Source: an uncultured virus (IMG/VR IMGVR_UViG_3300021426_000082)
Taxonomy: Duplodnaviria; Heunggongvirae; Uroviricota; Caudoviricetes
Direction: 5' to 3' (one strand)
IMG/VR virus record: IMGVR_UViG_3300021426_000082
DNA length: 64,000 nt
A model generated the notes under the pieces. It saw nothing but the letters and a program-made list of their open reading frames with translations, had not been told where the DNA came from and ran no database searches. The stretch's first letter is position 1. Each line of letters opens with the position of its first letter. Positions 48,807-57,050 of the stretch are shown one piece after another. Position numbers and translations under genes: made by a program.

Positions 48807-48875
48807 ACTATTCCGCAAGTCTCTGTTAGGGGACTTGCGGATTTAAAATAATCAGTGTCTATGTAATCACAAACA

Positions 48876-48921
48876 GAGCCGTGAGCCGATTTCCAATAAT
48901 GGGAGGTCGGCTCGTTTTATT
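48876..48921 (+). terminator. terminator with tandem GAGCC motif (copy 4)
   Basis: GAGCCgtGAGCCGATTTCC-AATAAT-GGGAGGTCGGCTC-GTTTTATT. Confidence 0.65.
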
Positions 48922-48961
48922 ATGTCAATTCCTCCCGCAGTAACACAGGAGGAATAAGATC

Positions 48962-49348
48962 ATGAACACATGGGAGTTTTTCGCAGCGGTACTTGCGTCA
49001 TCTGGATTGTGGACTGTAATCAACACATTGTTACAAACACATATCCAGAGAAAATCAAAGCTCATGCAGACGGTTGAAGAAATCAAAGAAAAGATGGAAA
49101 GGGATAGTGCCGAACGCGAAAAGGACAAAGCCATTGAAGCCCGCACAAGAATCATAAGGTTCGACGACGAACTGTATAACGGGATGAAACATAGTCGTGA
49201 GTATTTCAAACAAATCCTCAGCGACATCGACAACTACGAAAAATATTGTGCAGAAAATCCGAGCTTCAAAAATTCAGAAGCAGTAGAAGCTATTGCCAAC
49301 GTTCGTAAGACCTACGAGGAATGTAGAGAGAATCATAAATTTATTTAA
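48962..49348 (+). CDS. lysis-cassette membrane protein
   Basis: N-terminal TM (LASSGLW), RIIRFDDEL..H..EYF. Confidence 0.65.
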   Translation: MNTWEFFAAVLASSGLWTVINTLLQTHIQRKSKLMQTVEEIKEKMERDSAEREKDKAIEARTRIIRFDDELYNGMKHSREYFKQILSDIDNYEKYCAENPSFKNSEAVEAIANVRKTYEECRENHKFI

Positions 49349-49350
49349 AA

Positions 49351-49463
49351 TACCGTAGGGCATACGGGAATATACGCTTGTGGACATTATGTAAGACGAA
49401 CCAACAGGGACGCAGTAGTGGTTGAAGCAAGAATCCCACGACTTTAGTTGTGTGGAATGTCAA
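49351..49463 (+). mobile_element. orphan IS200/IS605 right end / TnpB omega-RNA scaffold
   Basis: TACCGTAGGGCATACGGGAA.TACGCTTGTGGA..GTAAGAC..TGAAGCAAGAATCCCACGACTTTAGTTGTG..GTCAA; no tnpA or tnpB. Confidence 0.8.
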
Positions 49464-49481
49464 TTAACGGAGGATTTAATT

Positions 49482-49742
49482 ATGGATTTAGGTGTAATTT
49501 CTTATCCTGCAATCGTAATCATCTGCTGGCTCATTGGATATGCGGTAAAGCAGACAGCTATTGATAACAAGTGGATTCCGGTCATTGTAGGTGTAGCTGG
49601 TGCAATCATTGGGATTATCGCGTTTAAGACAGTACCCGTATTTCCCGCCGAAGATTGGCTTACTGCCCTTGTGATTGGTATTGTCTCCGGTGAGACTGCA
49701 ACGGGCGTTGACCAGGTTTATAAGCAGTTGAACGAGGGTTAA
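49482..49742 (+). CDS. holin
   Basis: three TM segments, NKWIPVI, GIVSG.ATG..Q..KQ. Confidence 0.85.
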   Translation: MDLGVISYPAIVIICWLIGYAVKQTAIDNKWIPVIVGVAGAIIGIIAFKTVPVFPAEDWLTALVIGIVSGETATGVDQVYKQLNEG

Positions 49743-49744
49743 TA

Positions 49745-51160
49745 ATGGCGGACAAAGGATTCGACATCTCCTATCATAACGGGAGTATAAATTTCAAAAA
49801 GGCAAAGGCGGACGGGATTAAGTTTGCTATCCTTCGCGAGGGATACCGAAAAACCATTGATACAAAATTTATTGAGTATGTAAATGGCGCGAAGGAAGCG
49901 GGTATTGATATACATGGTGTCTATCATTTCTTTTACCCGCTTAAAGAGGCAGATGTCATTGAGGAAGCTAAGTCGTGCATTGCCAATGTTCAGAAAGCCG
50001 GACTTGGTAAGGATATTATTATCTTTGCCGACTTTGAGTATGACACGTTCAGCAACGCAAAGAGAAAAGGCACTTCGCTGAGCAAATCCGTTGTAACGCC
50101 TTGGACAATTCTGTTCTGCGATTACTGCAGGTCCCAGGGATATAAAGTAGGTGTCTACACAAATCAGGACTATTACAAGAACTATTATGATATGTCCAAG
50201 ATCAAAGAGAAGGAATATATCATCTGGCTTGCTGATTATTCCGGTGGCCCGAATTATCCCTGTACTTATCAGCAGTACACATCAAGCGGGAAATGTGCGG
50301 GCGTTAATTCGAGCGGGCTTGATATGAATTATTACTTCGGTGAACCCGTCAAGACTACGCCCATTACAGAGTGCGACACTTCCCAAAGACAGGCGGTTGT
50401 TGACGTTTTCGAAAGTTGGAAGGGCTATTCGGAAGGCAACGGAAAGCACAAAAAGATTGTAGACATTTACAATGCTTACCTTGCTACTGCAGTAAAAGCC
50501 AATTCCACTTGTAATTACCGCGTTTCGTACACTGACGCCTGGTGCGCGACTGCGAACAGTGCAGCATACATTAAGGCCGGACTTGCTGACTTCTTCCCTA
50601 TTGAATGTTCCTGTCCTCGAATGGTCGCCAATGCAAAAAAGATGGGTATATGGAAAGAGGCAGACGGGTATATTCCTGAACCCGCTGACAGTGTTCTTTA
50701 TGACTGGCAGGACGGTACAAATTATGCGACAACCGATAATACCGGCACTCCAGATCATATCGGCATGATTGTATCAGTAGACAAAGAAGCGGGTACGATG
50801 CTTGTTGTCGAGGGCAACAAAAATGATGCCGTAGAGTACCGGACACTGAATATCAACGGAAGATACATTAGAGGATTTATCCATCCTGAAATCAGCGGTA
50901 CAGTGTCAAGCAAAACAGTTACCTCCGCATCTGCACCGTCAAAAGATGTTGCGTGGGCCGGAAAGGTCACAGCTTCCTCCCTTCGTGTCAGGACATGGGC
51001 AGGAACAGAGAACGGTACATGTTCTTTCAGTCCACTTAAAAAAGGAACGGAAGTATATGTATGCGACACAGTTAAGGATAAATCCGGAAATGACTGGTAC
51101 TACATCAAGTACAACGGCAAATACGGGTTTGTCCACAGTGCTTATATCAAAAAGGTGTAA
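49745..51160 (+). CDS. endolysin: GH25 muramidase, CHAP and SH3
   Basis: GFDISYHNG, DFE; AWCA..DHIG..VEGN; C-terminal WYYI...GFV. Confidence 0.9.
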   Translation: MADKGFDISYHNGSINFKKAKADGIKFAILREGYRKTIDTKFIEYVNGAKEAGIDIHGVYHFFYPLKEADVIEEAKSCIANVQKAGLGKDIIIFADFEYDTFSNAKRKGTSLSKSVVTPWTILFCDYCRSQGYKVGVYTNQDYYKNYYDMSKIKEKEYIIWLADYSGGPNYPCTYQQYTSSGKCAGVNSSGLDMNYYFGEPVKTTPITECDTSQRQAVVDVFESWKGYSEGNGKHKKIVDIYNAYLATAVKANSTCNYRVSYTDAWCATANSAAYIKAGLADFFPIECSCPRMVANAKKMGIWKEADGYIPEPADSVLYDWQDGTNYATTDNTGTPDHIGMIVSVDKEAGTMLVVEGNKNDAVEYRTLNINGRYIRGFIHPEISGTVSSKTVTSASAPSKDVAWAGKVTASSLRVRTWAGTENGTCSFSPLKKGTEVYVCDTVKDKSGNDWYYIKYNGKYGFVHSAYIKKV

Positions 51161-51162
51161 TT

Positions 51163-52326
51163 ATGGTAAAGGTTTATATACCTGGATTTGCGATACCAGC
51201 AAGTGGTATCAAATATGGTGATTATGCCTGCTTTTATGACGAGAACGGTAACGCATTAGTGTTTGACGCAGGCCAACGGCCTGCGTCAGCTATTTTCCGT
51301 GAGTGGATTAAAAAGCAGGGGTTTAAAAAGATATGGGCCGTTGGAACCCATGCTCATACCGACCACATAAACGGGATTCTTGATATTATCTATGATCCTG
51401 ATATAGAGCTGGATAAGGTATGGATGACAAAATATGACGCAATTAAATCTTACACAAACAGTTCGTACAAATACAAATCATGGTATGAACGTGTCTGCAA
51501 TATGTATGAGCGATGCGCAAAAGGACTGTATGATTTATGCGTCAAAAATAATATTTCCGTAGGATGGCTCAACACAGGAACGCATATAAGAATAGGCAAT
51601 ATCCATTGTCAGGTATTATGGCAGGCGTTAAACAGCTATGGTAGCCCCGGTGACGACGGCATAGCGGGTTCATGGCTTAATAACTTTTCTCCGCTTGTAT
51701 TATTCGATTTTGGGTACTTTTGCGCGGGTGATAACAGATTGTCCCACGCCTATGCCAGAAACGCCTGTAAACGCGTAATAGTGGCAAATATACCGCATCA
51801 TGGTAACTATGCAGATAAACAGGCATTTGCAAAACTGCGACCGAAGGCAGCTTTCTACAACTACGGAGAAAAGAACGGTGCCATTGGTAAGGACACGGGT
51901 TTTACATCATGGACAATCCCGGTGATAAGAAACGTCGGTGCTGACATATGGAACAACTTTACACACGGAAGTATCACCATGACATTCACGGATAAAGAGG
52001 TCACTATCAGCACACAGCGCGGGGGTAACAAGACATACTCCCTCGACGAATACAAGAACTGGTCACGGTCAGACAAAGAGCTTGCAGTAGAAGTTATGTT
52101 AGAGATTCATGGTAAAGGTGATACGCGAAAGAACAGGCTGGGCACAAGATATGCAGACGTGCAGAAGATTGTAGAAACATTCTGTAAGGACCACGATGCC
52201 TTAATCGACGCGATTGCAGACTATATTATCAGGGGGCTGGCCGGGAATGGTGAAACCAGAAAAGTTCTGCTTGGTGGTTACTATTCCGAAGCGCAGGCCC
52301 GTGTGAATGAAAAGTTAAGAGGTTGA
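51163..52326 (+). CDS. MBL-fold (ComEC/Pce-like) hydrolase with CW_7 repeats
   Basis: GD, DAG, THAHTDHING, AGD, PHHG; LAVEV..HGKGDTRK..LG..Y..VQ. Confidence 0.75.
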   Translation: MVKVYIPGFAIPASGIKYGDYACFYDENGNALVFDAGQRPASAIFREWIKKQGFKKIWAVGTHAHTDHINGILDIIYDPDIELDKVWMTKYDAIKSYTNSSYKYKSWYERVCNMYERCAKGLYDLCVKNNISVGWLNTGTHIRIGNIHCQVLWQALNSYGSPGDDGIAGSWLNNFSPLVLFDFGYFCAGDNRLSHAYARNACKRVIVANIPHHGNYADKQAFAKLRPKAAFYNYGEKNGAIGKDTGFTSWTIPVIRNVGADIWNNFTHGSITMTFTDKEVTISTQRGGNKTYSLDEYKNWSRSDKELAVEVMLEIHGKGDTRKNRLGTRYADVQKIVETFCKDHDALIDAIADYIIRGLAGNGETRKVLLGGYYSEAQARVNEKLRG

Positions 52327-52327
52327 T

Positions 52328-53590
52328 ATGACCAGAATACATTTTCCATATTTTGATGCTGAGTGGGGAAGTATGGCAATCCTCCAATCACTGACAGAGT
52401 TCATGATCATAGACACATTCGGCATTGGCCAGACGCACGCCAGAAAATATGTCATGGATTTGTTAGGCAATAACAATGCGTCAATGCTTTTCACGCATCC
52501 TCACAAGGATCACAACAAGGATTGCAGATATTATATTGAAAATGGCAAAATCAAAACCTTATATATCAGTAATGTCCCCGCACGACAGGAATCCAATAGC
52601 GACAAGACCAGGTTAAATGAGTATGTCAATCTGGTCAAAAAGCATGGCGGGAAAGTAGTCTATCTCAAGACCGGAGATGTAATAACGGTAGGTGCCGCTA
52701 AGGTAAAAGTATTATTAGCACCTAACCTTGGTGGTAACAACGCCAATTCGCTGTGTTTGAAAATCACCGCAGGAAAAGTGTCAGGACTGATTCTCGGTGA
52801 CGCGACAGAAGGCACGCTCAAAAAACTTGTATCAGTCGCGGGGAATGAACTTGGTGATATAACATGGTGGCGGACAAACCATCATTGTGTACCAGAGAAC
52901 AATCCTCTATGGTGGATACAGAGGATCAAACCCACGGTAGTCATATCTGACTGCAACGGTGATAACAATACCACGTTCAAAAACTCATGGGGGCGGACCG
53001 TGTATACCCGTTGTGAGTATGCAGATGGGAATATATACTCAACACAGCATAATCATGATTTGGTTTTTGAAATGCGTTCCGGACTGTTCAGACCTGTATC
53101 CATCGGCAGGAACTATAAGACCGTGATTAAGAACGGCAGGCAGGTACTTGTAAACAAATCCGCACAAGTTTTCTGGAAGGGTAATTTCCTTAAAGAAGAT
53201 AAATCAGACAAAGAGCTTGCTGCAGAAGTGCTGTTACGTATCCATGGCAACGGTGATACCCGCAAAGAGAGATTAGGCACAAGATTTAATGACGTGCAGA
53301 AACAGGTAAGTGTATTGGCTGGCAATAGAGAAGAATTGTTATGGACACTGGCTGGATGTGTACTCAAAGGATACTTCGGGACCGGAGACACGCGTAAGAA
53401 AATTCTGAATGTTGGTGACGGTGAAATGTATTATGATGACGTTCAGGAAAAAGTAAAACTCACAATCAAAGGTGCCGATGAAGTCATAGCAAATAAGTAC
53501 GGCAAGGGCAACGAACGCATTGAAAAACTGAAAAAGGCGGGTTATGATCCTGTAGTCGTCCAGGATTATGTCACGCTATTACTTACATAG
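52328..53590 (+). CDS. MBL-fold hydrolase with CW_7 repeats (paralog)
   Basis: THPHKDH, NANSL, LGDA, NHH; three CW_7-like repeats (YGKGNER..L..AGYDP..VQ). Confidence 0.75.
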   Translation: MTRIHFPYFDAEWGSMAILQSLTEFMIIDTFGIGQTHARKYVMDLLGNNNASMLFTHPHKDHNKDCRYYIENGKIKTLYISNVPARQESNSDKTRLNEYVNLVKKHGGKVVYLKTGDVITVGAAKVKVLLAPNLGGNNANSLCLKITAGKVSGLILGDATEGTLKKLVSVAGNELGDITWWRTNHHCVPENNPLWWIQRIKPTVVISDCNGDNNTTFKNSWGRTVYTRCEYADGNIYSTQHNHDLVFEMRSGLFRPVSIGRNYKTVIKNGRQVLVNKSAQVFWKGNFLKEDKSDKELAAEVLLRIHGNGDTRKERLGTRFNDVQKQVSVLAGNREELLWTLAGCVLKGYFGTGDTRKKILNVGDGEMYYDDVQEKVKLTIKGADEVIANKYGKGNERIEKLKKAGYDPVVVQDYVTLLLT

Positions 53591-53630
53591 CGAGAAGCAC
53601 ACCGGCCTGCAGGCTCAGTGTTTCAAATAG

Positions 53631-53662
53631 AACAACCTCGGCTACAAACCGAGGTTGTTTTT
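53631..53662. terminator. terminator between lysis genes and repressor
   Basis: AACAACCTCGG-CTACAAA-CCGAGGTTGTT. Confidence 0.75.
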
Positions 53663-54329
53663 AATATAGTTTCCTTCTGATTTCAAATACTTTTCCGACT
53701 ATCTCAATAGGCATCTTCTCTATATCATCAAGGTCGTATGTCATCGGCATATACATAGGGTTAATGCTCTGCAGGTAGATGTGTTTATCGTCGCGCTTTA
53801 TGACCTTGCACGTTGCGTCGTCACCATTCACTCTGACAACGGCTATCTCACCGTCCTCTACGTTTTCCTGGACGCGCACAACAACCATATCCCCGTCCTC
53901 AATTTTCGGGTACATTGAATCACCGCGGATGATCAGACCAAAAAAGTCTCCGCGCCTTTTCAACTCTGACGAGATTTCTGTACTATCAATAATGTTTTCC
54001 TCTGCGAATATAGGCATACCCGCCGCGACCCTTCCGACAACAGGGATTTTAATAAGTCCGTTAACAGCCCTGCTTTCAATTTTGCTTTCATATTGAACAC
54101 GGATGTCGTCGTCAAGCATCTGCAGTAACTCATCAAAGCTCATACCCATTGCTTTTGCGCAACTTTTGATGGTGGTTATGGTGGGTATGATTTCTGTATC
54201 CGTTCCATATCTTTTCCCGCGCCTGAGTGCATAGAGATATGTACGACTTAACCCTGTGCGCTTTTCCATCTCAGCAAGTTTCATATCGTGCTCGTCACAA
54301 TAGTTCACAAGGATTTCACCTAATTTCAT
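53661..54329 (-). CDS. CI-like repressor (HTH plus S24 autopeptidase)
   Basis: N-terminal HTH; VAAG cleavage site, GDSM, ATCK. Confidence 0.92.
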   Translation of the reverse strand: MKLGEILVNYCDEHDMKLAEMEKRTGLSRTYLYALRRGKRYGTDTEIIPTITTIKSCAKAMGMSFDELLQMLDDDIRVQYESKIESRAVNGLIKIPVVGRVAAGMPIFAEENIIDSTEISSELKRRGDFFGLIIRGDSMYPKIEDGDMVVVRVQENVEDGEIAVVRVNGDDATCKVIKRDDKHIYLQSINPMYMPMTYDLDDIEKMPIEIVGKVFEIRRKLY

Positions 54330-54364
54330 GTATAGTCACCTCCCCTCACGCTTTATCTAATTTA

Positions 54365-54440
54365 AGTATACCGTGTTGTGCAAAAATGTCAAACGCAATT
54401 AACATTTTATGTTGACAGTAAGAGTACAACGTGATAAATT
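54365..54440. promoter_or_regulatory. divergent cI/cro promoters
   Basis: minus TTGACA-16-TATACT; plus TTGACA(54412)-17-TAAATT; GYACAAC motifs. Confidence 0.7.
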
Positions 54441-54495
54441 AAGAGAGTGCAAAAAGTACAACAGAGTTAACATTATAATACAGAAAGGAGGCCCG

Positions 54496-54726
54496 ATGGG
54501 GATTAGAGACAAGAGGGTGTCGCTTAAAATGACACAAGAAGAGCTTGCTGAAAAAGCAGGCGTGGCAAGGCAGACGATTATCAATCTGGAGAATGGTCTG
54601 CGAGCAGATGTTAAGGTGCTTACACTCATTAAGATTGCAAAGGCACTTGATTGTAAGGTGGAAGAGATACTTCCACAGGAAGAGGAAGAAAATGCTGATA
54701 GTTCCGATCCCGATGAGCAGGTATGA
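54496..54726 (+). CDS. Cro-like HTH regulator
   Basis: MTQEELAEKAGVARQTI..LENG; AAAGGAGG RBS. Confidence 0.85.
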   Translation: MGIRDKRVSLKMTQEELAEKAGVARQTIINLENGLRADVKVLTLIKIAKALDCKVEEILPQEEEENADSSDPDEQV

Positions 54727-54904
54727 AGAACTGCTCCACAAAGAGACGGTGCATGACACCTTAAAGTATGCACACGAGAACCACATGCTTTATTCCGAAA
54801 CAGGAAACATCTTTTGGGGAAAGCCCCGCGAAGAAAAGATGGATGAAGTAATGGACGATCTTCCGTATTGCCTGCGCGAGGAAGCTGGTGCTGACAATGT
54901 ATAG
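54692..54904 (+). CDS. hypothetical protein
   Basis: GAGG RBS; overlap with neighbours. Confidence 0.5.
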   Translation: MLIVPIPMSRYEELLHKETVHDTLKYAHENHMLYSETGNIFWGKPREEKMDEVMDDLPYCLREEAGADNV

Positions 54905-55082
54905 GTGCAAACTTGGAATAAGGCCCGAATGTATATCATGTGGTGAGTGTTACGCAAAGCCTGTAATGATAGATTGTGACGGGGTAGAGATATACGCAGG
55001 TGACACCTACTACAGCATTGGCGGGCTTATTGTTTCAGAAGAGACGTTAGAAAGCTGCAGACAGACAGCAGAAGAGGAGTAA
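54888..55082 (+). CDS. small Cys-containing protein
   Basis: ECISCGEC...IYAGDTYY. Confidence 0.55.
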   Translation: MLTMYRCKLGIRPECISCGECYAKPVMIDCDGVEIYAGDTYYSIGGLIVSEETLESCRQTAEEE

Positions 55083-55086
55083 AAAA

Positions 55087-55986
55087 ATGGCTAACGAATT
55101 AGCAAAAACACAACAGCGCGGTATTTCTGCATACCTTAATAATCCGGAAGTAAAACAGAATGTTATAAGCGTTGTTGGTGATAAGGAATCACAGAAGTTT
55201 ATAAGCTCCATTGTCAGCGCGGTGCAGACCAATCCGGCACTGGCAGAGTGCAGTAATAAAAGCATCCTGTCAGTAGCGTTGCTCGGACATTCCCTTAATC
55301 TGCCACAGTCGCCACAGTTGGGCATCTTTTATTTTGTCCCTTACAACAACTCGAAAAAGATCAAAGACCCGAATACGGGCCGGACAGAAACTATCACGGT
55401 CAAAGAGGCGACGTTCCAGTTATCCTGGAAGGGATATATACAGCTTGCTATGCGGTCCGGTCAGTACAAGCAGATTAACGCCACAGAGGTCAGAGAAGGA
55501 GAGCTTATTTCCTATAATCCTATCACGGAGGAAATTGACCTGCGGGCAATCACTGACTTTAATGACAGAATGAATAGGCCCGTGATTGGCTACTATGCGT
55601 TCTTTACTCTTACAAACGGATTCCGGAAAGAGCTTTACTGGTCCCGTGAACAGATGGAATCACATGCAAGCAGGTACAGCAAGGCTTACAAGAGTGATAA
55701 GAAGTACGGCTCTTCAAGGTCGTTCTGGTCCACTGATTTTGACGCGATGGCCAAAAAGACAATGATCCGTCAGCTTATTTCCAAATGGGGAATTATGTCA
55801 GTCGATATGCAGACCGCCTACGAATCCGACATGGCCATGATTGACGACAATGGAAATCCGGATTATGTAGACAATAAACCGGAGGTCGAAACCGCGACTG
55901 ACGTATACCTGGAAGAACAGCCAGTGGAAACCGAACCCGTTGAAGGTGAGATTTTAGACGACGACGGAAACCCGTTATTCGCATAA
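55087..55986 (+). CDS. recT: RecT-family single-strand annealing protein
   Basis: FYFVPY, FQL.WKGYIQLA.RSGQY, W..DFDAMAKKT. Confidence 0.92.
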   Translation: MANELAKTQQRGISAYLNNPEVKQNVISVVGDKESQKFISSIVSAVQTNPALAECSNKSILSVALLGHSLNLPQSPQLGIFYFVPYNNSKKIKDPNTGRTETITVKEATFQLSWKGYIQLAMRSGQYKQINATEVREGELISYNPITEEIDLRAITDFNDRMNRPVIGYYAFFTLTNGFRKELYWSREQMESHASRYSKAYKSDKKYGSSRSFWSTDFDAMAKKTMIRQLISKWGIMSVDMQTAYESDMAMIDDNGNPDYVDNKPEVETATDVYLEEQPVETEPVEGEILDDDGNPLFA

Positions 55987-55995
55987 GGAGGCACA

Positions 55996-56226
55996 ATGGA
56001 GATTTTGACAACCGTATCGAGGATGATTAAGGATTCCTCAGATATTCCTATCAAACACGGGGACCTGATTGTTTTTGAGACAGCAGACCACCGTTCTGTT
56101 ATTGGAAGATTTGTGGAGATTACGGACCGTGGTTCTTTGAGGTTTGAGAGTACGATCAGTGGCAACGAGTTCTGCGTCATGCCGAAGAGCATCGTTGTCA
56201 GCCATCATATGAAAGAGGACGAATGA
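55996..56226 (+). CDS. hypothetical protein
   Basis: AAGGAGG RBS. Confidence 0.55.
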   Translation: MEILTTVSRMIKDSSDIPIKHGDLIVFETADHRSVIGRFVEITDRGSLRFESTISGNEFCVMPKSIVVSHHMKEDE

Positions 56227-57050
56227 TGGAGTTAACAAACGACAATTATTACTCTATGGAGAGCAATATGTACTACTGCTCAGTCAGTCAGTACAAATCA
56301 TTCATAGGCACACCAAGCAATCCCGCCTGTGAAGCTGCGGCCATGGCAGACCTGAGAGGTGAGATAGAACATAAAGCAGTATCAACTGCATTGTTAGTCG
56401 GTTCTTATGTTGATGCGTATTATTCCGGTGAGTTTGATCAGTTCATTGACGAGCATCCTGAGATATTCAGAATGAACGGGACACTGAAATCAGCGTTCAA
56501 GCAGGCAAATACAATGATTGCCAGAAGTAAAAAAGATGCGCTTTTCCAGAGATATATGGAAGGCGACAAACAGCTTATTCTCACTGGTGACATTGAGGGT
56601 GTCCCGTTCAAAGTCAAGATAGACAGTACGGACCACAAGAGGATTACCGACTTAAAAACGGTCCGGAAAATCTCTGAGACGTTTTTTGTCAAGGATTCCG
56701 GTGAGAGAATCACGTTCATAGAAAAATGGAACTATGACCTGCAGGCCGCTATTTATCAGGAAATATACTTCCAAAACTACGGAAAGAGATTGCCGTTCTA
56801 TATATGCGCAGTCGATAAAAGCCGCAGTTCGATAGATGGTTCTTTCCACCCCAGGATTGCGGTCATACAGATACCGCAGTCAGCTATGGACGACAGGCTT
56901 GCAGAGGTCAGACATAATGTACGTCGCATAGAAATGTTAAAGACCGGAGAGATAGAGCCGATTGCCTGTGGTGTATGTGACTACTGCGCAGACACATTAC
57001 CGCTTACAAGGCCGATCAGCATTGATGAATTGTTAACGGAGGTGCAATGA
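56223..57050 (+). CDS. PD-(D/E)XK exonuclease (DUF3799/RecE-like)
   Basis: LT.DNYYS, SVSQYK, K.KID, DLKT, YDLQAAIYQ, CG.CDYC. Confidence 0.85.
   Translation: MMELTNDNYYSMESNMYYCSVSQYKSFIGTPSNPACEAAAMADLRGEIEHKAVSTALLVGSYVDAYYSGEFDQFIDEHPEIFRMNGTLKSAFKQANTMIARSKKDALFQRYMEGDKQLILTGDIEGVPFKVKIDSTDHKRITDLKTVRKISETFFVKDSGERITFIEKWNYDLQAAIYQEIYFQNYGKRLPFYICAVDKSRSSIDGSFHPRIAVIQIPQSAMDDRLAEVRHNVRRIEMLKTGEIEPIACGVCDYCADTLPLTRPISIDELLTEVQ

Noticed and set aside
49422..49481. N-terminal extension of the holin in the ORF track
   Set aside because: It is read from the omega-RNA remnant; the GGAGG RBS supports ATG 49482.
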